DNA of 64,000 bases from Octopus vulgaris (taxonomy: Eukaryota), in NCBI GenBank assembly GCA_951406725.2, contig OX597815.1, positions 81,592,001 to 81,656,000 of the forward strand. The letters run 5' to 3'. The translations under genes and the position numbers were made by a program. The notes below the pieces were generated by a model. It made no database searches, was not told where the DNA came from, and worked only from the letters and a program-made list of their open reading frames with translations. Below, piece after piece: positions 1 through 14,150 of the stretch (within the stretch, counting starts at the first letter, position 1; every line of letters begins with the position of its first letter).

Positions 1-200
1 CAGTCGATCACTGCGGTCGATGTAATCAACTTACCCCATCCTCCGAAATTATTGATCGTGCGCCAAAATTTGAAATCATCTTCAACATTATTATTTTTAC
101 CTTTCATCCTTTCGGGATCGATAAATTAAGTAAGAACGAAACACTGGGAGTCGGTGTAATCGACTCCCCCTCTTCCCTACAATTTCAGGCCTTGTGCCTA
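1..200 (+). mobile_element. Fragments of SINE family B (3' parts)
   Basis: ctttcatcctttcgggatcgataaattaagta...cactggg and gtcgatgtaatcaactta match the better copies at 10161-10313 and 45600-45742; a further fragment lies at ~458-505. Confidence 0.7.
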
Positions 201-213
201 TAGTAGAGGTTAT

Positions 214-244
<31 letters not shown>

Positions 245-1019
245 AGCACGGATCCATCGCCCGCCGCAAATGCCACCACCACCACCACCACCCCCAGACG
301 CTCTGGCCAGTGACCCTCTCCTTGTCATTCGGATCTGGGAAAAGTAGACTTCCGCTCCCGACCTGCCAGACGTCTACCAACCCACAGAACGGACGCAGTG
401 GAATCACCCTTACCCGTCTTGTTGCCTAACTACAATAACAACAGCAGCAGCAGCAGCCTTTCGGGGTCGATTAAATAAGGACCAGTTAAGCACTGGGGTC
501 GATAAAATTTAAAATCATCATCATCATCATTATTATTATTATCATTATTATTATTATTATTATTATCATTATTATTGCTATTGTTATGAACTACATTGTC
601 CAATAATTTTTCTCGCTTTCACGCGGCAATATGAGATTTGAAACAATATGGCAGCTTATAACAAGCTGTCTCGTCCTCATCGCCAAAATCACTCTCCAAA
701 AATTTGTGATCCGTCTGTTTGTTAGGTTAAGCTATTATCATTATATTTATTTCACTTGTTTGTTGTTTTCATCATTATTTTTTTTTTAAACAGTACCATC
801 ACCGTCATCATCCTCTTCCTCAATTATTTATCATTGCATTCATTACAATCATCGTCATCAAACTTTAATCATCCACTTCACGATTAAGCATTAACGTCAG
901 CATAATTAACATCATCATCATCATCTTCAATATTATCCTCATTCTTTCTTTTCTCCTTTTCATCCATTTATTCACACCATCAGCAGCATACATGTACGTA
1001 TGTATATATGTATGCATGC

Positions 1020-1020
<1 letters not shown>

Positions 1021-1100
<80 letters not shown>

Positions 1101-1104
1101 CAGA
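1021..1104. repeat. (GATA)n microsatellite, one of many (also ~6311-6650, 16963-17038, 43095-43166, 43501-43594, 59519-59607, 61705-61786)
   Basis: Directly visible tetranucleotide array. Confidence 0.98.
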
Positions 1105-1204
1105 CACACAAATGGATGTACATGTTTAAACGTAGGTATGTATGTATGCATGTATGTATACATAATACTTATATACATGTCTGTCTGTCTGTATGTATGT
1201 ATGT

Positions 1205-1362
1205 ATTAGACGCAGTCCCAGGAATTTTTCGAAGGAAGGGCACAAGGTCAGAAGAGAATACAAGTCCAGGAGTAAAGGGTATAACAACATTATTTAGAAG
1301 AGTGCACTTCTTTTCTTGAGAGGGGCACGTGACCCTCAGCCCCCACCTTGGGTCCGCCCATG
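1205..1362. mobile_element. Degenerate short MITE-like element
   Basis: Right end ccttgggtccgcccatg resembles the GGATCCGCCC-type termini of short non-autonomous DNA elements; the left end is eroded. Confidence 0.3.
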
Positions 1363-1415
1363 TATATATTTTACTATTTATATATATATATATATATAAA
1401 TATGTATATATATAC

Positions 1416-1464
<49 letters not shown>

Positions 1465-1531
1465 ACATAAATATATATATATGAAATAATACATATACTA
1501 TATATATACATATATATGTACATAGATATAT

Positions 1532-1618
1532 AGGCGCAGGAGTGGCTGTATGGTAAGTATCTTGCTTACCATCCCACATGAGTGGATTTGGTAGACGGAA
1601 ACTAAAAGAAGCCCGCCG

Positions 1619-1655
<37 letters not shown>

Positions 1656-1895
1656 GTGTGTGTGTGTGTATTTATGTATGTATATGTTTGTGTCTTTGTT
1701 TGTCCCCACAACAATGCTTGACAACCGATGCTGGTGTGTTTACGTCCCCGTCACATAGCGGTTCGGGAAATGAGACCAATAGAATAAGTACTAGGCTTAC
1801 AAAGAATAAGCCCTGGGGGCGATTTGTTCGACTAAAGGCGGTGCTGCAGCAAGGCCGCAGTCAAATGACTGAAACAAATAAAAGAATAAAAGAAT
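1532..1895 (+). mobile_element. SINE family A (tRNA-like head, internal (TA)n(TG)n, 3' stem-loop tail), internally deleted copy
   Basis: Starts aggcgcaggagtggctgtatggtaag and ends cgcagtcaaatgactgaaacaaataaaagaa; collinear with the full copy at 58910-59358 apart from a deletion after ccacatg. Confidence 0.9.
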
Positions 1896-1925
1896 ACATA
1901 TAATATATATATTATATACTCATTA

Positions 1926-1974
<49 letters not shown>

Positions 1975-2534
1975 CTCAACTCATTATATGAAATTCTAAT
2001 ATTTCACTAACAAATCAACAAATTCTAGGCGTGGTACGTTCTTTGAAAATCAACCCGAATACATAACTGATACTTTATTTTATCAACCTGCCACCTCTAC
2101 TCGATAAACAAAAAAAAACAGAGAGAGAGAGATAGAGAGAGAGGGGGTGAGCTAAAGTGAGAGAGAGAGAGAGAAACGGAATTCGAAACTGGCGGATTTT
2201 GAACTCGTAACACAAAGGGACATAAATACCACACGCATTTACGTCGGTCGCTCTACCACATCTGTAATATAATTGACATGTTATTTCTGTTAATTATGTA
2301 ATTATTACTTTAGTATTATAACTTTTTTTTTATTTTTACACAAACGTTATATAACTATTGTTAATCATCTTCAATTAATAATAATCGTCTACATCATCAT
2401 TACCGTAATGGAATTTTCACTCAATTAAAATAATTATCATAACAACAACACTACTAACACAATAAATAATACCACTACTATTACGAAGTCCCAATTACTA
2501 TAACCACCACCACGCCATCGCCACCACCACCATC

Positions 2535-2572
<38 letters not shown>

Positions 2573-2668
2573 CACCACTACTACTACAGGAAGATTTTCC
2601 TTTTGTTGCTTGTTTTTGTAAAAATCCAGTAGTTGCAACAAAATTTCGCATCATATGCACACACACAT

Positions 2669-2726
<58 letters not shown>

Positions 2727-3290
2727 GCAGTCACATAAACGTACACACACACATTATATATGTATATATGTGTATGTATTTTACATCCCTGGAATATGCT
2801 TTTCTAGATGTGTGTGTGTGTGTGTGAGAGAGACAGACAGACAGACAGACAGAGAGGGTATTTGTGCGTGTGTATATAAATATATGTATGTATGTATATA
2901 TCGTTGACATCATAACAATTAACAAACTTAGACAGAATGCGAATTAAATCTTTTTGGGAACAGTGAAACTCGAAGCACTTATAGTTTACAAATAACAGCG
3001 CATAAATAATATTAAGTTACTATTAGGATTTAGGATAGAAAGAATAAGTCGAAGGTTGCGCAATACATCGATGGCAGAAACAGCATGTTATTTCGTTTTG
3101 TCTTTGTACGAGGCGTGTGTTCGAATCTTGGACCCAGATACATTTTTGAAATATAAATATCCGTCGAAGTACAGGGATCGGTTGAGATAATCCGACTGTT
3201 CTTTTTTAAGCAATGCTCAAGCATGGCCACCTGTATATGCTGAAAGCAGTTAAATAGGAATATACATGTGAGTGTGTATATTAACATACA

Positions 3291-3358
<68 letters not shown>

Positions 3359-3381
3359 TACATACATACATACACACACAC

Positions 3382-3416
<35 letters not shown>

Positions 3417-3419
3417 TAT

Positions 3420-3650
3420 ATGTGTCTGCGTTTGTCCTCCGCCAGCGCTTGATAACCGGTCTTGATATGCTTTCGGCCCCCCGTAACTTAACGGTTCAGT
3501 AAAACGCACAGACAGAATAAGTACCATCCTTAAAGCAAAAAAAAAAAAAAAAAAGTACTGTGGCCGATTCCTTCGACCCAAAAAGTTCAAGGAGTAGCCC
3601 CAATATGGCAGCAGTCCAATGACAGAAACAGGTAAAAAATGAATATAAGA
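3420..3650 (+). mobile_element. SINE family A, 3' half
   Basis: gcttgataaccgg...cgtaacttaacggttc...gcagtccaatgacagaaacagg. Confidence 0.8.
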
Positions 3651-3729
3651 GAGTACTCAATAACGTGGCAGAGTCGCCAGAAAAAAAAAAGCAAAAACAA
3701 AATAAAAACAGAAACTATGAAAGAAAAAC

Positions 3730-3871
3730 ATGTGGTTGTGTGGTAAGAAGCTTGCATCCCAACCACATGGTTCCGGGTTCAGTCCCACTGCGTGGCACCC
3801 TGCGCTATAGCCTCGGACTGACCAACGTCTTGTGAGTGGATTTGGTAGACGGAAACTGAAAGAAGCCCGTC

Positions 3872-3907
<36 letters not shown>

Positions 3908-4110
3908 TTGTATATATATTTGTCTGTTTGTCTCCCCAAATGATGTTGATGTGTTTAAGTCCCCGTAACTTAGCGGTTCGGCAAAGGAGACCTATAGAAT
4001 AAAAACTAGGCTCACAAAGAACAAGTCCTGGGGTCGATTTGTTCGTCGAAAGGCGGTGCTCCAGCATGGCCGCAGCCAAATGACTGGAACAAGTAAAAGA
4101 ATAAAAGAAT
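3730..4110 (+). mobile_element. SINE family A
   Basis: gtgtggtaagaagcttgc...ggttcagtcccactgcgtggcacc...ggcggtgctccagcatggccgcagccaaatgactggaacaagtaaaagaa. Confidence 0.9.
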
Positions 4111-4590
4111 CAGAATATACAGACATCTGAGAGGGAGAGAGGGGGAGAAAGAGAGAGAGAGAAATGTGAATGTCTGTATGTATTTATAGTTAGTTTTTCA
4201 GACAAGAAAAGTCTGTAAGAGCGAGAACAAGAAGAAAAGTTAATACAAAGATTGTGTGTGCGTTTGAACGTGTGTACGCCGAAAATCATAGCTGCGAATA
4301 TTGTGTGTCTTAATTTACACAGGTCTGTGAACGGATGAGTGCTAAAGGAATAAGATAATGTGTTTCTAAAACTAAATTGTCACTTAGGCACTGTGTCTTT
4401 TCATCTATTTTTACCTGTCAATCCTCACAAGAAAAAAACCTTACCTCACACAAAGTCACAAATTACATACGACATAGTGTTAATATTTGAAGAGCACACA
4501 CGTCTCTTTTAAAACTTTTAAAGTTAACATACGTAGGTCTGCTTGATCAGGGTTACGACCGTTCAAAATTGCAACTCGGCGTTGAGTGCG

Positions 4591-4635
<45 letters not shown>

Positions 4636-4705
4636 GAAAATTAGAACTTTTTTTTATTAAATGCCCGAAGTTATATTTAATTTGTAATATATTATTACTT
4701 GGTCG

Positions 4706-5117
4706 GGATCTTTTCGGTTTGAACGGCAGTTTTTTAAAATAATTTCTAAGTAACTAAACACTTTTAAACTTCGTATACTGGTAGAATGTGTTTATAAAAC
4801 ATCTTTTTCTCTTGGCTTTATTGAGAAAATTCTACAGTTTGTAAGATATTTGTTGTTGTTTTTCTTCAATTTCTGCAATTTCAACCAACCAATGACGTCT
4901 ATTGAGGTGAAAACATTCTGTGCCGTATGAATATGTCCCTCGTTTAAGAAACAGATTGGGTTTATTTACATTTCTGAAGAAAAAAAAAGATACCCTTACC
5001 CCCACCCCTAACCCTAAAACAGATTGAAATGCAATAGATCGATACTAGGGTCATAATTATGAGTGACAATTTCATATGACACCGCTAGAAAAACTGCCGT
5101 TCAAACCGAAAAGATCC
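4706..5117. mobile_element. MITE with perfect 29-bp terminal inverted repeats
   Basis: ggatcttttcggtttgaacggcagttttt (4706-4734) is the exact reverse complement of 5089-5117; no ORF; internal ccctaaccctaa motif near 5007. Confidence 0.85.
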
Positions 5118-5140
5118 TTAATTTGCAGTATATTATTACT

Positions 5141-5326
5141 TGGTCAAAAATTTGGAACATAGGTCTGAATTTTTTTTTTTAGATATTAAACTATCGGATC
5201 AGTTATTCAGTCCCTATGTCTCTACGTTGTATATATTTGAATCGATTTGTACTGAGGCATAACAGTTTTAATTTTTTTTTTTTTTTTTTTTTTTTTTAAG
5301 GTTCCAAACTTTTGACCACGACTGTA
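5141..5326. mobile_element. Tc1/mariner-like MITE remnant
   Basis: tggtcaaaaatttggaac at the left versus gttccaaacttttgaccacgactg+ta at the right; a CAGT-type TIR followed by TA is typical of Tc1/mariner derivatives. Confidence 0.55.
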
Positions 5327-5414
5327 CATAGCCTTTCTTTTACTACATCTTATTGTCGATCAAATCGACCCCTGCAGTTTTTTTGGTTTTTTTTTTTTTT
5401 TTTGTTTTTCTTGG

Positions 5415-5660
5415 CCAAGTAGTTAGAAACGTGGTTTCAATTCCTCGATTGGGCGATGCGTTGTGTATTTGCGCAAAATACTTCATTTCACGTCGCTCCA
5501 GTCTACTTAGCTATAAATAAGACTCCCAACAAACGCTGGGAAGTTAGGCTGGCAACAGACTGTCGTCCAATCCAGGAGGTAGGTGTTGCTATCTCAGGTA
5601 CTTATACGCCATGGAAGCTGGATTAACCTCCGGTTTTGTGAGTCCTGGGGGTTCAAGACA
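5415..5660 (+). mobile_element. SINE family C, diverged
   Basis: ggtttcaattcc (B box) followed by gcgttgtgtatttgcgcaaaatacttcatttcacgtcgctccagtc, as in 49006-49332. Confidence 0.65.
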
Positions 5661-6309
5661 AAACTAAGACATATCTTATCGCCTTCTCATTTGCCGGATG
5701 TTGTGGAGACCTTCATACACGCGCACGTACAAAAATGACTGACCATGTAAAGTGCTCGATAAACAGATTATACGATAAGTTAGAACAGTTTTACAATTCC
5801 AGTATTTAGAACTGTGACAAGAGCGACAATGATTCTACAATGGTTCTACAATGGTACAGTTTTAAACATCACAGAAAAACCATGATAGACAGACAGACAG
5901 AAATCGTGCATACTCTGAAAAATCACATTGACAAGCACATAGGCGGAAAGACAGATCATATAATATACAACACATATACTATACAATACATATACATAAA
6001 TACACACACATACACACAAAGCATACACACAGATGTGTTATATAAATATAACTTTATACATACACACAAAAATACCACCACGCACCTACCTATAGGAACA
6101 TACCCGTCGTACATACACAGACATTCTTATATATCGCGTTACACGACATTGCTGAATAAATACGACGGTTGCGAATACATCAAAAGATTTTTCGGGTCGT
6201 TTGAAGTGGGAGAGACGTAACAGCTAGACAAAGAGACAGAGAAACAAATAGATAAACATGATGTATGCATACATACACACACACACACACACACACACAT
6301 ACAATATTT

Positions 6310-6405
<96 letters not shown>

Positions 6406-6473
6406 TAGATAAATAGATAGATATACATACATACGTAGAGAGAGAGAATGGAGAGAGACAGACAGATGGATAT

Positions 6474-6520
<47 letters not shown>

Positions 6521-7088
6521 CAGATAGACAAATAGCTAGCAAGCTAGATAAATAGACAGATAGATAGATAGTAGATAGACAGATAGATAGATAGATAAAT
6601 AGACAGACAGATAGATAGATAATAGATAGACAGACAAACAGATAGACAGGGAGGGAAAGAGTGATGAAGACTAAATGATACAAATAGTTCCAGACTTGAA
6701 GCGTGTGGCTTAGGTAAGGAAGCGAACACGAAGAAAATCATCATCATCATCATCAACAACAACTACTACTACAACACACACACACACACAATATAAACAA
6801 ACGACAGCGTAGGAATAAGGAAACCCTTTCAACTTGATAGACGACATACTAAAAGGAAAGGGGTGGGTCGGTTTTGGTTTGGATGAGAGGAGATTTACGT
6901 TATGACGGTCACGGTAAGATAAGAGTGGGTTTCGGGCGATGGTAAGTTGGAGTATGTTGGGTAAGGTGATAGTGTAGTATGTGTGTGTGTGTGCCTGTGT
7001 TTTATATATATATATATATATATTTCGGTACATACAACATATACATATATACAAACATATACATGTATATACATGTATATGTATACAT

Positions 7089-7463
7089 AGGCGCAGGAGT
7101 GGCTGTGTGGTAAGTAGCTTGCTAACCAACCACACGGTTGCGGGTTCAGTCCCACTGCGTGGCATCTTGGGCAAGTGTCTTCTGCTATAGCCCCGGGCCG
7201 ACCAATGCCTTGTGAGTGGATTTGGTAGACGGAAACTGAAAGAAGCCTGTCGTATATATGTATATATATATGTATGCGTGTGTTTGTGTGTCTGTGTTTG
7301 TCCCCCTAGCATTGCTTGACAACCGATGCTGGTGTGTTTAGGTCCCCGTCACTTAGCGGTTCGGCAAAAAGAGACCGATAGAATAAGTACTAAAAGGTGG
7401 TGCTCCAGCATGGCCGCAGTCAAATGACTGAAACAAGTAAAAAACTAAAACTAAACTAAACTA
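7089..7463 (+). mobile_element. SINE family A, near full length
   Basis: Head aggcgcaggagtggctgtgtggtaag (A-box-like tggctgtgtgg, B-box-like ggttcagtccc), ttgggcaagt motif, same tail as the other copies. Confidence 0.92.
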
Positions 7464-7799
7464 TTGAATAGATATTATACGTATACATGCATGCACGCAC
7501 GCACACGCACACAAGTATTGTGTGTATATGTATGTATTTATATACATCTGTGTGTGTGTGTGTGTGCATAACGTACTGTTTCGTGACAGAAGATTCAACA
7601 AAAAAAAAAGTACTCCATCTGGTGAGAGATAAATCTTATTTATTTAAAGGACGCAATACATATCTTTAAGCGCTGCTTGTAGTTTCATATGTTGAGAAAT
7701 ACCTTACCTCAACTATATTCTTCGGGCACAAAACCAAATATAACGAACTAAGAAAACATACACACACACACACATTGATACACGTACATATACTTCGAG

Positions 7800-9190
<1,391 letters not shown>

Positions 9191-9310
9191 TATACACGGT
9201 AATATTTAAGTGATCTTCGTGGCGGTGTGAGTAAAACGAAGATAAAGGTTTGTACATCAAGCTGCTTTTTTTATTTTATTTATTTAGTCATTACTTATCT
9301 TTTTTTTTTT

Positions 9311-9684
9311 TTTTTTTGCCCCACATCAAACTTTGTCGAGCAAACATCGGATTACAGACATTCAACCTATGATCGAGACCGTGACCAAATGGACCAAATT
9401 TTTTATCTCTATACCACAACGGGTGTGTGATTTCAAGGTAGCTAGCAAGCCTCTTTCGAAAGCTTCGTAGAGATGCCGGATGCAAGCGGAATGTATTTTT
9501 ATTGGTCGCCGCAGAGGTTGTGTGATGTAGGCTGTCACTGTCATCGTTATGATGATAGGCGACCAATTGTTACTATCGCCTGCATCCTGCATCTCATCAG
9601 AAAAATTTTGATAAGGACATAGGCAGAATGTCTTTAAGTCTATGTAGGCTTGCTTCCATAAGGTCAAATGTGGGGCACATCTAG
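9311..9684 (+). mobile_element. Helentron/Helitron-like non-autonomous element
   Basis: T-run followed by tgccccacat at the left; atgtggggca at the right (subterminal inverted repeat), then cacatctag (small hairpin plus CTAG). Confidence 0.45.
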
Positions 9685-9713
9685 ATGTGTGTGGTGGGAG
9701 TGTAATATATACA

Positions 9714-9942
9714 TGTGTCTTTGTGTTTGTTTGTCCCCACCACTACCACCACCGCTTGACGAACGGTGTTGGTGTGTTTCCGTTCTCGTAACTTAGCGGT
9801 TCGACGAAAAAGACCGATAGAACAAGTACCGGGCTGGGCTTACAAAAACAAAGAGCAATTACTAGATCGATTCATTCGACAAAAAAATTCAAGGCGTTGC
9901 CTCAGCATGGCCGCAGACTAATGACTGAAACAAGTAAAAGAT
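9714..9942 (+). mobile_element. SINE family A, 3' half
   Basis: tttgtccccacc...acttagcggttcg...cagcatggccgcagactaatgactgaaacaagtaaaag. Confidence 0.85.
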
Positions 9943-9986
9943 AATACACACACACACACACACACACATATATACATATATATACA

Positions 9987-10050
<64 letters not shown>

Positions 10051-10160
10051 AATATATAAATATATATATATATATATAATGGCGGTGCCCCAGCATGGCC
10101 ACAGCTCGAGAGCTGAAACTAGATAAAATGAAATGAAAATGTATATATATATATATATAT

Positions 10161-10313
10161 ATTTCTTTATTACCCACAAGGGGCTAAACACAGAGGGGAC
10201 AAACAAGGACAGACAAATGGATTACGTCGACCCCAGTGCGTAACTGGTACTTAATTTATCGACCTCGAAAGGATGAAAGGCAAAGTCGACCTCGGCGGAA
10301 TTTGAACTCAGAA
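10161..10313 (-). mobile_element. SINE family B with Tx1-like 3' tail
   Basis: Minus strand reads ctgagttcaaattccgccgagg (B box)...tttgtcccctctgtgtttagccccttgtgggtaataaagaaat; nearly identical to 45600-45742. Confidence 0.88.
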
Positions 10314-11075
10314 AATTAAATGTATATATATATGCACGTATACATATATGTATGTGTGTATGAATACAGGCATAAATATATATATGTACCTACACACAAT
10401 ATATCATCATTAAAATCACAGTACCTCTCCCCGCCTTTATGTACCTGGTGTTTGTGCTTGATGGAGAGACAGACAGACAAACAGACAGACAGATAGCTAG
10501 AAAGACAGACAGACAAACAGATAGATAGACAGACAGATAAGTAGACAGACGAACAGACACACATTTTACAGACAAAGATAGATATATATCCATACATATT
10601 CAAGGTGAGGTAGGGTAGCGTGGTATGGTATGGTATGGTAAAAAAAAAAAGGTGGTGGTGGTGGGATATAGATAAGTAGGTAGGTAAGATAATAAAGACG
10701 AGGTGTGAGATTCGGTGGTGGAGTGGGGCAAGGTGTAAAGGGATGGTGGGTTAAAAGATTAGTGGGCGGGATGCTTTATAATACCTATGACCCATCTCAC
10801 TCTCTCGCTCAAAAAACCCGATATTTCAGGATGAGGAGTGCCCTTCAGCCGCGCGCATGTGTGTGTGTGTGTCTAAGGGATCAAAGGCAACTGCGGTTTT
10901 TTGGTGGTGGTAGTTCGTCTGTGGTTTTTAATGGTACTTTCAACCGGGTGTTGCTGTGTACATTGTGTGACGATGGATACAAGAGGCGTGAGAGGAAGCG
11001 GGTGTAAAGAAGCTTAAAGGAACTAAACATAGAACAGTGTCTATTTATTGGTGCATACATACATATTTACATACA

Positions 11076-11123
<48 letters not shown>

Positions 11124-11471
11124 CACACACACACACATATTGATGGGTTTGTTATTTTTGTTCTTTTTTCTCTCTCTGTTTTGCTTTATTGAATTTCATG
11201 ACTCTTGAATTTTTTTTACACCCTCCCACACAGAAGTAGGTTGCAACGGTTGACGTCCATCAAACAGAACTATAAATACATACATACATACATACATACA
11301 TACAGGCATACACACATACACACATGCATACATACATGTATACATACATACATACATACATACATACATACAGGCATACACACATACACACATGCATACA
11401 TACATGCATACATGCATACATACATACATACATACATACATACATACATACATACATACACGGGTATGTAT

Positions 11472-11649
11472 AGGCGCAGGCGTAGCTGTGTGGTACGAAG
11501 TCTACTTCCCAGCAACATGGCTCTGGGTTCAATCCCTCAGCGTGGTGCCTTGGATGTTTTCTACTACTGCCTCGACCCGGCCTTCAGTGGATTTGGGAGA
11601 CGGAAACTAAAAGAAGCCCGTCTGTGTGTGTGTATGAATCTCTCTACCT

Positions 11650-11686
<37 letters not shown>

Positions 11687-12055
11687 ATAAAAATACAAAC
11701 TGGGACAAGAACGCAAAACATTTAGGAGACAATACAAAAAACACATACAGGACATTCGAAGCCTTCAATCTTCAGTCAAGAACCGGATCATCCTCGCAAT
11801 TTCGGCTGATATATATATGGGGGTGGAGAAGATATGTGTACGTGTGAGTATATACCGATACATACAGATATGCTTGGGTCTCTGTGCTTGACGTCATCCA
11901 CCATACCGCATGACAAAAGGTGTTGGTTTGTTTATACCCCCGTACACAGCGGTTCAGATAAACCGACAAAATAAGTACCAGGTTTAAAATTCGTTGGACA
12001 AAAACTTCGTCCAATGCGGTGCCCCAAGAAAGCAGTACTCTGATGACTAGCAAGT
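11472..12055 (+). mobile_element. SINE family A, diverged and interrupted (head 11472-11625, tail ~11880-12055)
   Basis: Head and tail motifs are recognisable; the internal microsatellite carries the 11690-11812 insert. Confidence 0.7.
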
Positions 12056-12058
12056 TCT

Positions 12059-12100
<42 letters not shown>

Positions 12101-12312
12101 TTTGTAAGATAAACTTACTTGGAAATGGATGCGCGGAGTTCAATCATATAATAATATAAATAATATATATGTATAAAAAATATATATATATAAAATACAA
12201 AATGGGACAAGAACGCAAAACACTCAAATAGACGACACAAAAAACGGACGGGTCATTAGAAGCCTCTAATCTTCAGTCAAGAACCGGATCATCCTCGCAA
12301 TTTCGGCTGATA
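11690..12312 (-). repeat. Two direct copies (11690-11812, 12192-12312) of a ~120-bp Penelope-like terminal fragment
   Basis: Both read aaaatacaaa.tgggacaagaacgcaaaaca...aatcttcagtcaagaaccggatcatcctcgcaatttcggctgatat. The Penelope assignment is inferred from ctgaaga and gccgaaat motifs on the minus strand. Confidence 0.7.
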
Positions 12313-12344
12313 TTTACTTATATATGTATGTATATGCATATATG

Positions 12345-12807
12345 TGTACAAGACGTCACGCAAACAACATGAAATACGAAGGCAAACTTTGGGTATGCGA
12401 ACAACGAGAGAAACAAATGGAAAACAAGACAAGTAACATAAAGAACGACCCTTCATCAGTTGTCAGCCGTTCATCTATTCCAGATTTCGAACAATTCACG
12501 ACAATATGAGGTTTCGAAAAAACATTTTGCTCCTGCGAACCAAAATAGAAATTTGGGATTCGCGGAGGGTCAAAGTTGGTGACAAAAACAGGACAGTGGA
12601 GACATACAACGAATTAAACGAAAACAAACATGGAGGGTCGTTGGGCCTGGCGAGGAAAGGTAGCGAAGGCTGGAGGAATATTCTTTGACAAGAGAAAAGA
12701 TAGGAGAGGAGACAGATAAGAATGCGTCTGGTCTGTCGAACAAATTGAAGGAAAAGAAAGATGATCGCGTGAGAAAAAAAATGGACGATGGTCACGTGTG
12801 AGCAACG

Positions 12808-12810
<3 letters not shown>
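12345..12810 (-). mobile_element. Interspersed repeat related to 13895-14152, possibly Penelope-derived
   Basis: Shared order of motifs (cttc.tcagt.g.c, atcta.tc, tttcgaa, aaatttg.gat...gcggaggg); the minus strand has ctgatgaag. Confidence 0.45.
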
Positions 12811-12853
<43 letters not shown>

Positions 12854-12856
<3 letters not shown>

Positions 12857-13020
12857 CGCAGGAGTGGCAGTGTGGTAAGTAGCTTGCTTACCAACCACAT
12901 GGTTCGGGGTTCAGTGCCACTGCGTAGTACCTTGGCTAAGTGTCTTCTAGTATAGCCTCGGGCCAACCAAAGCTTTGTGAGTGGATTTGGTTGACGGAAA
13001 CTGAAAAAAGCCCGTCGCGT
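12854..13020 (+). mobile_element. SINE family A, 5' half
   Basis: aggcgcaggagtggcagtgtggtaag...gacggaaactgaaaaaagcccgtcg. Confidence 0.9.
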
Positions 13021-13894
13021 ATTTATGGATGGATGGATGCATGCATGGATGCATGTATAGATGATATACCCATCCTGTGCATGTAAAATATATTATAAAA
13101 TACTCTACATAAAGTATCTTCACCCGGATGTATCGCTGCAAACAATAACTCTTTATCCTAATAGTCCGTATTCAGAGAATGACTGTAACATGAAACATGA
13201 TTAAATATATTTTCCAGGTGAGGCTATGAAGTTCGTCATGACCCGGGCCAATACTAGCCAAAATTTATTAAGTATCTAAGGCAATATACATACATGCATA
13301 CACGTATATGTTAGCGTGTTTATGCATGTATATTTACAGACACGTGCATACTTATATTTCACCTGGCTGCGACAGTTAACATCTTCTTACTCGGGCTTTA
13401 TCTTCAGACAGAATATCTCAAATTTTTTCCTTATTTTCTTTTTCTCTCTCTCTCCTTTTTTTCCCCCACTAGTTGACCTTCCAGACTCCAAATCCTTGCT
13501 TACAGAGATGACTCCGCTAAAGGTTTCCAAAGTACCAGGAGATGGTGTTAAATCAGGCAATGTATTAACTCTGCTAACCACGAAGGCCAGGGTGTAATTT
13601 CAACTTAGAACGCAAAGAGCCAGAACAATTACTGGATCAATACATCTCTTAAAATCGATCTCAAAAGAAAAGGAAAGTAGAGCTGACATAAGCGGTATTC
13701 GAACTCAGAGACTGAGCAAATATCGTGAAACAAATTTTGTCCGATCTTCCAACGACTCTACCAATTCGTCACATGTAAGCTTACACACATTATATATATA
13801 TATATAATAATAATAAATTAATAAATAAAACATATGCATATATACATACATATATGTACTACCTACCTCTACATGTATATATACATGCATATAT

Positions 13895-14150
13895 GGGTAC
13901 AACACACCAAAAAATCGTCGAACACAATGAGAAACGAAAACATAAACACAAAACCGAGGAACTGGACATTTTTCTTAAACAACGAAAAAATAGAGTACAG
14001 GACAAATAACACAAGGAAAATTCTCCTTCTTCAGTCGCCATGGTTTCATCTACTCTGCGTTTCGAAGGTGAAGGCGAAACGCATCTTCGATTGAAACTTT
14101 CCTTCCCGCGAAAAGCAAATTAAATAAAATTTGAGATCTTTTTGCGGAGG

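Noticed and set aside
290-430. GC-richer complex patch resembling an exon
   Set aside because: No consistent splice-site pair or recognisable peptide could be established.
5000-5020. Telomeric repeat ccctaaccctaa (degenerate version near 30310-30340)
   Set aside because: Only two units, inside a MITE; not an interstitial telomere array.
13445-13597. Plus-strand exon candidate after a polypyrimidine tract (VDLPDSKSLLTEMTPLKVSKVPGDGVKS)
   Set aside because: Good acceptor, but no clear GT donor, no partner exons and no recognisable domain.
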